From Candidatus Anderseniibacteriota bacterium (GTDB taxonomy: Bacteria; Patescibacteriota; Andersenbacteria; UBA10190): a DNA stretch of 64,000 bases. The stretch is from NCBI GenBank assembly GCA_040876835.1, contig JBBDOX010000018.1, positions 18,232-82,231 of the forward strand. Direction: 5' to 3'. The notes below the pieces were generated by a model. It did not search any database. It had not been told where the DNA came from and saw nothing but the letters and a program-made list of their open reading frames with translations. Below, piece by piece: positions 9,992-18,142 of this stretch. How positions within the stretch are numbered: the first letter of the stretch is position 1; each line of letters opens with the position of its first letter. The translations under genes were made by a program, and so were the position numbers.

Positions 9992-11251
9992 TCAACTTTG
10001 CACTATCTTGATTTTAAGCTCTTCGAGGGCTCGCTGCAGGACCTCGTCCTCCTCAGTTTCCCGGTCGTCTTCTACTTCGATATCCGGCACAATGCCTTCG
10101 TCCTGAATGGAGCGGCCATTGGGGGTATACCACTTGGCAACGGTCACCCGCAGACTGGAGCCGTCGCTGAACGGAATGAGTTCCTGAACCGATCCTTTTC
10201 CGTATGACTTAGTACCGATAATCGTGGCGTCAATTTGCTCTTGCAAGGCTCCAGCCAGAATTTCAGAAGCTGAGGCGGAGCCGCTGTTGATGAGAACTAC
10301 CACCGGAATTTGAGAGAATTGCGGCTGGTCTTTGGTGCGGTATGGGCTGTCCGTCTTTCCTTTTTCTGACACAACTAACGTACCTGGGCTGAGGAAATTA
10401 CTGCTAATATCAACAGCTGACTGCAAGAATCCTCCGGGGTTATTACGAACATCAACAATAATTGCCTTGGCGCCACTACCAGAAAGCTGACGGGCTGCCT
10501 GCTTAAATTGCAGCACTGTTTCCCCGCCAAAGGATTTAATCGCGACATACCCTACATCCCCTTCTTCCATTCGAGACTCAATGCTTTTGACTTCAATAGT
10601 GTCGCGTACAATCGTAACTTCCCTTGTTTCATTCTCGCCGGGGCGGATAACGGTAAGTTTTACCTCCTGACCTTTCTCGCCGCGGATATGCTGCACCACT
10701 TCATCGATGGAGGTTCCGGATGTGATGGTCAGGTCATCCACCCCAACAATGATGTCCTCAGGCTCAATTCCTGCCTGATCAGCTGGCGAGTCCTGCAAAG
10801 GCGTAATGACTGTCACCAGACCATCCTTCACGCCAATTTCCACTCCAACGCCCGAGAATTTTCCTTTTAAGTTTTCCTGAAACTGTTTGGAGTCTTCGGG
10901 GGTAGAAAATACCGTATATGGATCACCGGTGGCACGGACCATGCCTTCCACAGCACCATAAAACAGGTTCCGATCATCAAGGTCGCCGATAAAATTACCG
11001 TGGAGTGCGTCCCAAGCGTTCCAGAATGTAGGAAAAGCAAACTGACGCTCGCCGTTTTCAGTTGATAATAGACGATACGGAGCGGCACCATCGAGAGTGG
11101 CGGGCACAACGTAGCGGCCGATAAAGACGCCTAAAGCCAGCACTAACAATACGCCGCCAATACGGCTAACTGAGCGAACGGGTTGGGATTTTGTAGTTAT
11201 TTCCTGCACAGAATATCTCCTATATGTACCACAACATCTCTGACTGCGCAC
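9992..11251 (-). CDS. ctpA: Carboxyl-terminal processing protease (S41 family) with PDZ domain and N-terminal TM
   Basis: 'AIIVDVRNNPGGFL' and 'VVLINSGSASASEILAGALQ' S41 catalytic motifs. Confidence 0.85.
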   Translation of the reverse strand: MRSQRCCGTYRRYSVQEITTKSQPVRSVSRIGGVLLVLALGVFIGRYVVPATLDGAAPYRLLSTENGERQFAFPTFWNAWDALHGNFIGDLDDRNLFYGAVEGMVRATGDPYTVFSTPEDSKQFQENLKGKFSGVGVEIGVKDGLVTVITPLQDSPADQAGIEPEDIIVGVDDLTITSGTSIDEVVQHIRGEKGQEVKLTVIRPGENETREVTIVRDTIEVKSIESRMEEGDVGYVAIKSFGGETVLQFKQAARQLSGSGAKAIIVDVRNNPGGFLQSAVDISSNFLSPGTLVVSEKGKTDSPYRTKDQPQFSQIPVVVLINSGSASASEILAGALQEQIDATIIGTKSYGKGSVQELIPFSDGSSLRVTVAKWYTPNGRSIQDEGIVPDIEVEDDRETEEDEVLQRALEELKIKIVQS

Positions 11252-11254
11252 GAC

Positions 11255-13060
11255 TTATTTCTTCTCGATATTCAGTTTGATATGCAGTTCGCGTAATTGC
11301 TTGTCGTCGACTGTAGACGGCGCGCTCATCATTACGTCTTGAGCCCGACCATTTTTAGGAAATGCGTAAATATCCCTGATACTTGGCACGTCCATAAGTA
11401 CCATCAAAAGGCGATCGACTCCTGGAGCAGATCCGCCATGAGGCGGGGCTCCAAATTCAAAGGCTCGGATCATGGCTCCGAATTTTTCATCTACTTGTTC
11501 CTTAGTGTATCCGGCTATCTCAAACGCTTTATACATAATATCCGGCCGGTGATTTCGAATGGCGCCAGAGCTAGTTTCAAATCCATTTAACACCAAGTCA
11601 TACTGATGCGCCAAGATGTGGATCGGATCTTTGGATACAAGTGCTTCCATTCCCCCTTGAGGCATTGAAAAAGGGTTATGCGAAAAGTCGATCTTTCCTT
11701 CCGTTTCATTAAATTCATACATCGGAAAATCAACAATCCAGCACCAGGCTGCTTTGTTCGGATCCTTCAGGTTCAGTTTTTGGGCAGCCAGATCACGAAC
11801 GGCTCCTAACGCTTTACAGACTACCAGCCACGTGTCCGCCCCGAAAAATATTGCGTCACCTTTTTTAGCGCCGACCTGGTCAGCAATTGCCTGTGCCGCC
11901 TCCTGCCCCAAGTATTTAATGATGGGTGATTCCAGTTCATCCCGTACCAGGATATATGCCAAGCCTTTAGCTCCATGCTCTTTGGCTTTGTCGGTGAGCT
12001 CATCAATCTCCTTGCGGGAGAAAGTTGCGCCCCCTGCTACATGCAAAGCGTGGACTACTCCCCCACCTGCAACCGCGCTGGCGAATACAGAAAATTTCGA
12101 ATCTTTTACCAGGTCAGATACTGCAGAGATGTATAGCTCATACCGCAAGTCCGGCTTATCACTACCATATTTTGTCATTGCCTCTTTCCAGGGAATACGC
12201 GGAAAACGTTTGGCCACAATCTCCTTATCGCTAAACGCTTCCGTCAGCTCTATCATCAGCGGCTCAATGACATTAAATACATCCTCCTGCTCCACGAAAC
12301 TCATTTCCAGATCAAGCTGATAGAACTCTCCGGGGTGACGATCGGCTCGCGGGTCTTCGTCCCGAAAACACGGCGCAATCTGGAAGTAACGGTCTACTCC
12401 CCCGACCATTAACAGCTGTTTGAATTGCTGCGGTGCCTGAGGGAGAGCATAAAAAGTTCCGGGATGAAGGCGGCTGGGCACGAGATAGTCGCGGGCTCCC
12501 TCAGGTGAGGAATTAGCCAGGATGGGCGTCTGCACTTCCGTAAATCCTTCGCCGTGCATATATTCACGAATGTACGTTAAGAACGCGTCACGTTTTTTAA
12601 GCATGTCCTGCAGCCGCTGGTGACGTAGATCCAGAAAACGGTATTTGAGGCGCAGCTCTTCGTTCACATCAATATCTTTGGAGATTTCAAAGGGAAGATG
12701 TTTAGCTTCGCTTAAGAGCGTAAGCTTAGTCACTTCCACTTCTACTTCCCCGGTCGGAATATTCTTGTTTACCATCTCGGCGGGCCGCTGAACCACAATG
12801 CCCGTAATCTGAATGACGAACTCATCACGTAACTGCTCGGCTAATTCAAACACCGTGACATTTTTTTTCGGGTCAAATGTTAGTTGCGTTATTCCGTATC
12901 GATCGCGGAGGTCAATGAAGATCAGCCCTCCGTGATCACGGCGTGAATGAACCCAGCCGGACAACCGCACTTCTTCTCCGACATGTGTAACGCGAAGATC
13001 TCCCGCAGTATGGGTGCGGTACACGTTTGGTTTTATACTTGGAGTTTTCTGTTCTGACAT
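11255..13060 (-). CDS. aspS: Aspartyl-tRNA synthetase
   Basis: Class II aaRS motifs 'FRDEDPRADRHPGEFYQLD' and 'GGSAPGVDRLLM'. OB-fold N-domain. Confidence 0.95.
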   Translation of the reverse strand: MSEQKTPSIKPNVYRTHTAGDLRVTHVGEEVRLSGWVHSRRDHGGLIFIDLRDRYGITQLTFDPKKNVTVFELAEQLRDEFVIQITGIVVQRPAEMVNKNIPTGEVEVEVTKLTLLSEAKHLPFEISKDIDVNEELRLKYRFLDLRHQRLQDMLKKRDAFLTYIREYMHGEGFTEVQTPILANSSPEGARDYLVPSRLHPGTFYALPQAPQQFKQLLMVGGVDRYFQIAPCFRDEDPRADRHPGEFYQLDLEMSFVEQEDVFNVIEPLMIELTEAFSDKEIVAKRFPRIPWKEAMTKYGSDKPDLRYELYISAVSDLVKDSKFSVFASAVAGGGVVHALHVAGGATFSRKEIDELTDKAKEHGAKGLAYILVRDELESPIIKYLGQEAAQAIADQVGAKKGDAIFFGADTWLVVCKALGAVRDLAAQKLNLKDPNKAAWCWIVDFPMYEFNETEGKIDFSHNPFSMPQGGMEALVSKDPIHILAHQYDLVLNGFETSSGAIRNHRPDIMYKAFEIAGYTKEQVDEKFGAMIRAFEFGAPPHGGSAPGVDRLLMVLMDVPSIRDIYAFPKNGRAQDVMMSAPSTVDDKQLRELHIKLNIEKK

Positions 13061-13341
13061 GGCTTAAGGGTACTGGAGATGTGGGTTTATAGGCAACAAA
13101 AAACCGAGAAGACTAACCACAACCCATGTTGCGATTACTCTCCTCGGTTCCTATCCAACTGCAAGCAGCTGGACAAGAGGTCGTATGCCGAGGATGCGCC
13201 CCGCTCCTTCAAACGGGGCTTTTTTGAGGTAATGAACACTGCGCAAATGCGCATTTGAGAATCCCCCTTCTCTCAAACGGGCACTTTTCCACAGATTCTG
13301 AACGAACGTTCAAATATACCGATACGAACAGAAAAAGACAA
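13061..13341 (-). promoter_or_regulatory. aspS 5' leader (~250 nt) with a sigma70-like promoter and a terminator hairpin plus U-tract just before the start codon. T-box-like attenuator candidate.
   Basis: On the minus strand: TTGTCT-17-TATATT promoter (13336..13341 and 13313..13318). Several stem-loops. A 'GGAUAGGAACCGAGG' segment resembling the T-box sequence overlaps the 5' arm of the CCGAGGAGA/UCUUCUCGG terminator stem, which is followed by UUUUUUG about 45 nt before the AUG. Confidence 0.3.
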
Positions 13342-13604
13342 GGGTAAATGCAAAATCCGACTCATCAGTGGCAAAGAGTGAATTCGCGCAAGCAGTAGGA
13401 ATGCACGAGAGCTTAAACACTCAAGACAGGGCAAGCCGAAACTGTCCCAGCTATGTTGCGCTAAGCCACCCCTAACGTAAGTAAATATATCAGGGGCCCC
13501 TCCTTACCACGGACAAGGCGGATTTTTATACCTAATTCAATGAACTGATTATTATAATCATCCAGGAGGTTTTGTCAAGTGCATTTAGAAGACCAAAGAA
13601 AAAG

Positions 13605-13634
13605 CGGGTGGATACAGCTTACATCCGACCCGCT
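13605..13634 (-). terminator. Intrinsic terminator after ORF 13659..14042
   Basis: gcgggtcggatgtaagctgtatccacccgc hairpin followed by TTTTTCTTT on the minus strand. Confidence 0.45.
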
Positions 13635-13658
13635 ACCTTGCTTTTGTGAACTGCTTGG

Positions 13659-14042
13659 CTAGTGTGCAGCCAGCCACCAGTTCCGGCTGTCGCGCTGCCG
13701 TGCGGTCCGGTTGTGCCGACGTCCGCCTCGGTGCTTTTTGGGTTCCCTGGGGCGGAACACACTCTTGAGTCCCGCATAGTTCAGCAGGAGCTCTCGACCA
13801 GCTTCGGGGGGCAACGCCCGCACGTTTGGGTCATGGCGACACTCGACGTGCACCAGGCCAACCTCGGGCGACCCGTTGCGAGCGAGGACCGACGGCTGCT
13901 CCCAGTCGACGTCCTTTTTGCAACCCAGACAGCGATCGTGGCGCTTGATCGCTTGCCGGATCTTTCGCTTCTGCAGCCGCGTCAGTCCTACGCCCAGTGC
14001 CTTGTCTGGGCAGCTTCGCTGCAACACCAGCAGTTCGGTCAT
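13659..14042 (-). CDS. Hypothetical Cys-motif protein (127 aa), high-GC island
   Basis: 'RCLGCKK...(22 aa)...GLVHVECRH' motif, paralogous to the C-terminus of 14255..14956. GC about 60% by eye. Confidence 0.4.
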   Translation of the reverse strand: MTELLVLQRSCPDKALGVGLTRLQKRKIRQAIKRHDRCLGCKKDVDWEQPSVLARNGSPEVGLVHVECRHDPNVRALPPEAGRELLLNYAGLKSVFRPREPKKHRGGRRHNRTARQRDSRNWWLAAH

Positions 14043-14254
14043 GATCCGCTCCCTTGCGAACCAGAAAAATGTCGGCCTATTCCAGTCAGGCCAACGGAAA
14101 GCCTTCGCAGAAAGAAACGTACTAGTGTGACACTACGCCACATAGGGACTACGTTACTCCTCACTTTCATTTTTTGTCAACGCCTTCCGACATAGAAAAA
14201 GAAAAGCGGATGAAGCAGTAAATACTTCACCCGCCTGAAATCCTTCGTCCTGAT

Positions 14255-14956
14255 TCAGCGCCAGGACGCGAACGACTCTTCGTGGCTGCTCGTCGACTGC
14301 TTCCGCAAGTCAGACAGACGCCGCTTTTCGGCCTCGATGACCCTGTCGCGGATGATCCGGCCAATCTCAAGCGAGGTCAGCAGTTGGCACAAGATTCTGG
14401 GGTGCTTCTGCTGAAGCTTTCGCACGCACCTCTGGTCGGCGTGTACCAAGCCGATCGCCTTGCACCGATCACGGTCGCCGATGCGCACCATGTACCCCTT
14501 GTCGAGCACGGGTTCCGTGCATCCCGTGCAAGCGGCATTCTTCTTGAGCCAGGTCCGAGCCTCTTTCTGCTCCTCGGCGTTGAGACCGCGACCTTCCCGC
14601 TTGCCATTGCTGACCCTGACAGCAGCGAACGGGCGCGGGAAGGACAGAAGGCTGGCCTTCGCCATCTTCGTCTTGACCATGCTCTCGTCCAGCTGTTTCC
14701 ACAGCTCGCCGGGGGTGCTCAGTTCGTAATCCCCCTCAGCGTACGCCGCTTCGAAGATCACTTCGATCCGGTTTCCCCTCTTGACAGCCAGGAGCCGCTC
14801 ACCCAGCCGCAGCCACTGCTTCAGAATGGGACACTGCCCATACTGCCAGTCCTGCAGGATGACGAGCACCTCATCGACCGGAACCCCCAGCCAATTTGCC
14901 AACTCAGACAAATTGAAGCCAGCGTGCCGGTTCTGCACTCCCACATCGGTCTTCAT
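14255..14956 (-). CDS. Hypothetical protein (233 aa), high-GC island. N-terminal family motif plus C-terminal CxGC...GLVHxxxRC motif.
   Basis: 'LSELANWLGVPVDEVLVILQDWQY' at the N-terminus, and 'ACTGCTEP...(23 aa)...GLVHADQRC' at the C-terminus. Confidence 0.45.
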   Translation of the reverse strand: MKTDVGVQNRHAGFNLSELANWLGVPVDEVLVILQDWQYGQCPILKQWLRLGERLLAVKRGNRIEVIFEAAYAEGDYELSTPGELWKQLDESMVKTKMAKASLLSFPRPFAAVRVSNGKREGRGLNAEEQKEARTWLKKNAACTGCTEPVLDKGYMVRIGDRDRCKAIGLVHADQRCVRKLQQKHPRILCQLLTSLEIGRIIRDRVIEAEKRRLSDLRKQSTSSHEESFASWR

Positions 14957-15030
14957 TTCGCACTCCTTTCAGACATGAGATACTGGCTCATTCCACGAAC
15001 CAGCGAAAACCACAATCTTGAAAAAAACAA

Positions 15031-15093
15031 GTGTCAAATGACACATATATTTACCCTACACTTTTCACCCTTTTTGTCAATCAGCCTTGACAC
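15031..15093. promoter_or_regulatory. Two palindromic TGTCA/TGACA elements upstream of the minus-strand ORF 14255..14956
   Basis: GTGTCAAATGACAC (15031..15044, perfect 14-bp palindrome) and TTGTCAA-tcagcc-TTGACAC (15074..15093). Confidence 0.3.
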
Positions 15094-15156
15094 TTGCCTA
15101 ACCTGCATCAAAACTTGCAATCTTTGATTTTTATGGGTTTAATACTTCTACCCTAT

Positions 15157-15228
15157 GCGCCCATAGCTCAATGGTAGAGCAGTGGCCTTTTAAGCCAACG
15201 GTTCCAGGTTCAAGTCCTGGTGGGCGCA
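15157..15228 (+). tRNA. tRNA-Lys (anticodon UUU)
   Basis: 72-nt cloverleaf. Acceptor GCGCCCA/TGGGCGC, D-arm GCTC-AATGGTA-GAGC, anticodon loop CTTTTAA, T-arm CCAGG-TTCAAGT-CCTGG, discriminator A. Confidence 0.9.
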
Positions 15229-15325
15229 CAATCTAAAGTATGGTCGCGGTATTAAATTGGAGGCTCAAGTCAGTTTTTAACCTGGCTCTTTTAAGAATAT
15301 CCAGGCATGCAACCCTGGCTCTTTC

Positions 15326-16153
15326 TTAAGGGTTTTTAAGAATTTCTTCAATTCGGGGATTCTGATCAACTTTTCTGCCAAGCAACTGCAGTGATTCAAA
15401 GATATCAGCAATAAGTCCCGCCGCCTGTTCGTTTTTAATAACTACAGCCACTAATTCCTGCCAGTTGGCAATGATCACCGTATCGTTATGCAACGTTACC
15501 TCTGAGTCAAAGTTTAATCGTTCAGCTGGAACATGGTGAGTAATTGCGAGACGCCCACCGTATGCCTGCAAAATATCTTTTGATGATTTCCCCTCTTTTT
15601 TAAGCCGATCAGTGTAGTAATCAAGGAAATTCTCCTGCAGGATCGCCTCAACAATAATTTTTCGATCCTTTATGGATTGATTTAGTTTTACAAGCCGATC
15701 ATAAGGAAAGTGTTTCATTACGCTATAGGCTGAGATGTTCGGTTGCATGATGTGAAGACGAGTATGGCGAGGAAGCTGTCCCAGGCTTTCATAAATCTCA
15801 ACCAACTTATTCTTTCCCGCATACACTTTGTATTCGCTCTGCTGCGAGGAAATAATGCCCAGCTCTTGCTCACCTGACTCCTCCGCAATTTCGTGAGAAT
15901 GCGCAAGCATGAATAGTTTTTCGCGCAATTTTCTTGGCGATACCGTCTTCCAGTATCGCCGCTTGCCGCGGTTAGTGGTAGTAACTAGGCCTCGCTCCTT
16001 CAGGCGTGAAAGCCTCGGGTATACACTCGTGCGCGGCTGGTGAGTACTTCGGGCCAGCTCAGACACACTTAAATCGTGCTTTTCGAGCATTTTGAGAAGC
16101 GCATTATCTTCTGACGTAAGCCCTAATAAGGTGAGCGATTCCCGAGTAAACAT
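15326..16153 (-). CDS. TrmB-like winged-helix transcriptional regulator
   Basis: N-terminal wHTH 'LSVSELARSTHQPRTSVYPRLSRLKERGLV' followed by a C-terminal effector-like domain. Host-like GC. Confidence 0.55.
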   Translation of the reverse strand: MFTRESLTLLGLTSEDNALLKMLEKHDLSVSELARSTHQPRTSVYPRLSRLKERGLVTTTNRGKRRYWKTVSPRKLREKLFMLAHSHEIAEESGEQELGIISSQQSEYKVYAGKNKLVEIYESLGQLPRHTRLHIMQPNISAYSVMKHFPYDRLVKLNQSIKDRKIIVEAILQENFLDYYTDRLKKEGKSSKDILQAYGGRLAITHHVPAERLNFDSEVTLHNDTVIIANWQELVAVVIKNEQAAGLIADIFESLQLLGRKVDQNPRIEEILKNP

Positions 16154-16342
16154 ATATTCATTATATATTATGACGTAATTTACGTCAACATAACTTCATA
16201 TAATATGGCTATACGTAACTGTAAACAAGCCTAAAGTAAAAAAGTGTTGTGAAAAATAGAGGTTAGCGCCGCAATGCACCAAACTTGGGCTACACAGTCA
16301 ATGACCGCTCTTTTCATGTCCAAATCTTGGAGGGAATACGCC

Positions 16343-17326
16343 ATGTCAGACCTTACCGAAGACCGCCAGGTCCTGGTCAACCTCGAGATCAATAAGGACT
16401 GTCAGCTCACCAGTGTGTGTGGTGACAGTTGTTTTCTGAACCTCGTGGAGAAAGCCTTGCCTGGTGTGGAGCGACTTGCGCCGGCGGCAGTACTTGCCGC
16501 CGCTCGGGAAGTAATCGACCACGGTCAGACAGTGCGTCACCTTGCTATTACGGGCAAGGAGCCGCTGGACACCCCGGATCTGTTGTTCGACATCTTGCGG
16601 TATTACCATGCTGCACCAGTCGAGTCACGGCCGGGTACCGTGGGCATTATTACGTCGGGCTTGCAACTTCGACGACATGCCCACCGCTTCCCGGAGTTGC
16701 CGCTGGATTGGTGTGCTATGTCCCTTGATATCGCATCATCGGTCTTGCATGTCGAGCGCATGAACGAAAAGCTGTTCGGCGACCTGCTACACGTGAAGGA
16801 CACTGGCGGGATCAAGTCGTTCACGGTTAATTCCGTGTACACGGCTGATAACTACAAGGATGTCCTGCAATTCGGCAAATGGCTTACCGCTAAGCTGGGC
16901 GAAGGAGACCAGTGGGGCTTGTCATCACTGATGCTTCCTCAGCATGGCGTGATGCAGCCAACTGTTTCGATTCCGGCGACCCGCGAGATGATTGACCTCG
17001 CACTCGAGGAGTTGAGTGATACAGCCTGCGATATCCTCTTCGAACCTGACCCTGACGAGTTTGAGATTTTGACTGGCAAGTCAGTCAAGAAGCGATGGCG
17101 AACTGAGCTGCACCTCGCTGGGGGTATCTGGATGATTACGGTACCAAGCGAAGAAGGCTACTTTGTACGGCTGCGCTGGGATGGGCAGCTGTTGACCCGC
17201 AAGGACTTGCGATGCATTGGTCTTCGCCAGGCGACCTACGGCGCCTACCAGGCAGGTAGACTCGTAGAAACACTGGAGCGGTTGAGTGTTACTCGGTCGC
17301 TGGACCAGCAACCCACACAACACTGA
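16343..17326 (+). CDS. Radical-SAM-fold protein with a non-canonical Cx5Cx3C cysteine cluster (high-GC island)
   Basis: 'NKDCQLTSVCGDSCF' cluster, a 'LAITGKEPLD' (GGEPLL-like) motif, and 'GIITSGLQL' and 'MSLD' elements in the expected radical SAM order. GGAGGG Shine-Dalgarno before the ATG at 16343 (the ORF track starts at 16274). Confidence 0.45.
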   Translation: MSDLTEDRQVLVNLEINKDCQLTSVCGDSCFLNLVEKALPGVERLAPAAVLAAAREVIDHGQTVRHLAITGKEPLDTPDLLFDILRYYHAAPVESRPGTVGIITSGLQLRRHAHRFPELPLDWCAMSLDIASSVLHVERMNEKLFGDLLHVKDTGGIKSFTVNSVYTADNYKDVLQFGKWLTAKLGEGDQWGLSSLMLPQHGVMQPTVSIPATREMIDLALEELSDTACDILFEPDPDEFEILTGKSVKKRWRTELHLAGGIWMITVPSEEGYFVRLRWDGQLLTRKDLRCIGLRQATYGAYQAGRLVETLERLSVTRSLDQQPTQH

Positions 17327-17333
17327 GGTGACC

Positions 17334-17549
17334 ATGGTGTTAGGCAACGAGATGGCGAACGAGGGTCTCTCAAGAAGGAAGAGGAGGACGCAGATGGTAC
17401 TCGGCAACGAGATGGCAAAGGAAAACCTGCGCGAACGTCTGCACAAGACGACGAGCCAGGCAGCAAAGAAGCAGTCCCCAGCGGACGCCCCCAAGGACGA
17501 GAAGTGTGAGAACCAGGAGAGCAAGGAACAGGCTCACGGTTCGCACTAG
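17334..17549 (+). CDS. Small K/E-rich peptide (71 aa) with a duplicated N-terminal 'MVLGNEMA(N/K)E' motif, translationally coupled to the radical-SAM-like gene
   Basis: AGGTGA Shine-Dalgarno 4 nt before the ATG, which lies 8 nt after the upstream TGA stop. A near-tandem DNA repeat encodes MVLGNEMANEG and MVLGNEMAKEN. Single Cys, then a hairpin plus T-run terminator. Confidence 0.35.
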   Translation: MVLGNEMANEGLSRRKRRTQMVLGNEMAKENLRERLHKTTSQAAKKQSPADAPKDEKCENQESKEQAHGSH

Positions 17550-17571
17550 CAGACTCTCTGTCTGCGCCCCG

Positions 17572-17607
17572 CCCCCAGGTTTTACAACTTGGGGGTCTTT
17601 TTCTTTT
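17572..17607 (+). terminator. Intrinsic terminator after the peptide gene
   Basis: cccccagg-tttacaa-cttggggg hairpin followed by a T-rich run (TCTTTTTCTTTTC). Confidence 0.5.
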
Positions 17608-17615
17608 CACAGATG

Positions 17616-17644
17616 TTGACACTAATGGATCGCCATGATAATAC
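17616..17644 (+). promoter_or_regulatory. Sigma70-like promoter for ORF 17704..17997
   Basis: TTGACA, a 17-nt spacer, then TAATAC. AGGAGA Shine-Dalgarno before the ATG at 17704. Confidence 0.4.
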
Positions 17645-17703
17645 TTTCTGGTCAAACTACGGTGGTTTGATAATGGGTTGACACTCTTTAGGAGAGCCCA
17701 CAG

Positions 17704-17997
17704 ATGGAAACGAGCAAGACGGTGGCAGTGAAGCGTCGTCCATTCCACGAGACGGTCGTCGACGCCATCAACGCCTGCGACGTGGAGACGTTCCTGTGCC
17801 TGACAGAGCTGATCAAGATTACCAAAATCCCCAAGGGGCATGACGAGATCATCTCAGCCTGGGAGGGACGTCGGGAGCAACTGGTCTTCCCCGACGGATA
17901 CCGCGGGGTGGTGGCTGATCTCCTCGAGCAGAAAGAGGAAGCAGCCGCGAAGGAAGTGGCCAAGCAAGAGGCAGAGCCCATCTCCTCCCCGTCCTGA
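17704..17997 (+). CDS. Hypothetical protein (97 aa), high-GC orphan carrying the family N-terminal motif
   Basis: 'ETVVDAINACDVETFLCLTELIKITKIPKGHDEIISAWEG' aligns with the 'GLPIQEKDILSWVEF' block of ORF 6628..7017. Confidence 0.45.
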   Translation: METSKTVAVKRRPFHETVVDAINACDVETFLCLTELIKITKIPKGHDEIISAWEGRREQLVFPDGYRGVVADLLEQKEEAAAKEVAKQEAEPISSPS

Positions 17998-18142
17998 GTT
18001 CCTTGACCGCGCAAGCGCACGACCTACGGGTACGGCGTTTTTCTTTTGTTGATTGTGCTACAATATAGTCATAAGTTATCCACATTGCTTTCGGGGGAGG
18101 GGCGTTGGATTATCCTTCATTAAACATTAAACACAAATACGT

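Noticed and set aside
9722-10207. 161-aa plus-strand ORF overlapping rplI and ctp
   Set aside because: Antisense to two well-supported genes. S/C/A-rich composition typical of off-frame translation.
13197-13225. Hairpin plus T-run that looks like a plus-strand terminator (gccccgctccttcaaacggggctttttt) in the aspS upstream region
   Set aside because: No plus-strand gene ends here. On the minus strand the same hairpin lies inside the putative aspS leader, so it is more likely a leader stem. A small plus-strand sRNA cannot be excluded.
13061-13658. tmRNA, RNase P or SRP RNA in the 600-nt gene-poor region
   Set aside because: I found no GGAAAGTCCGG (RNase P P4) sequence and no tRNA-like 3' end or tag-peptide reading frame. 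The region is better explained as an aspS leader plus a minus-strand terminator.
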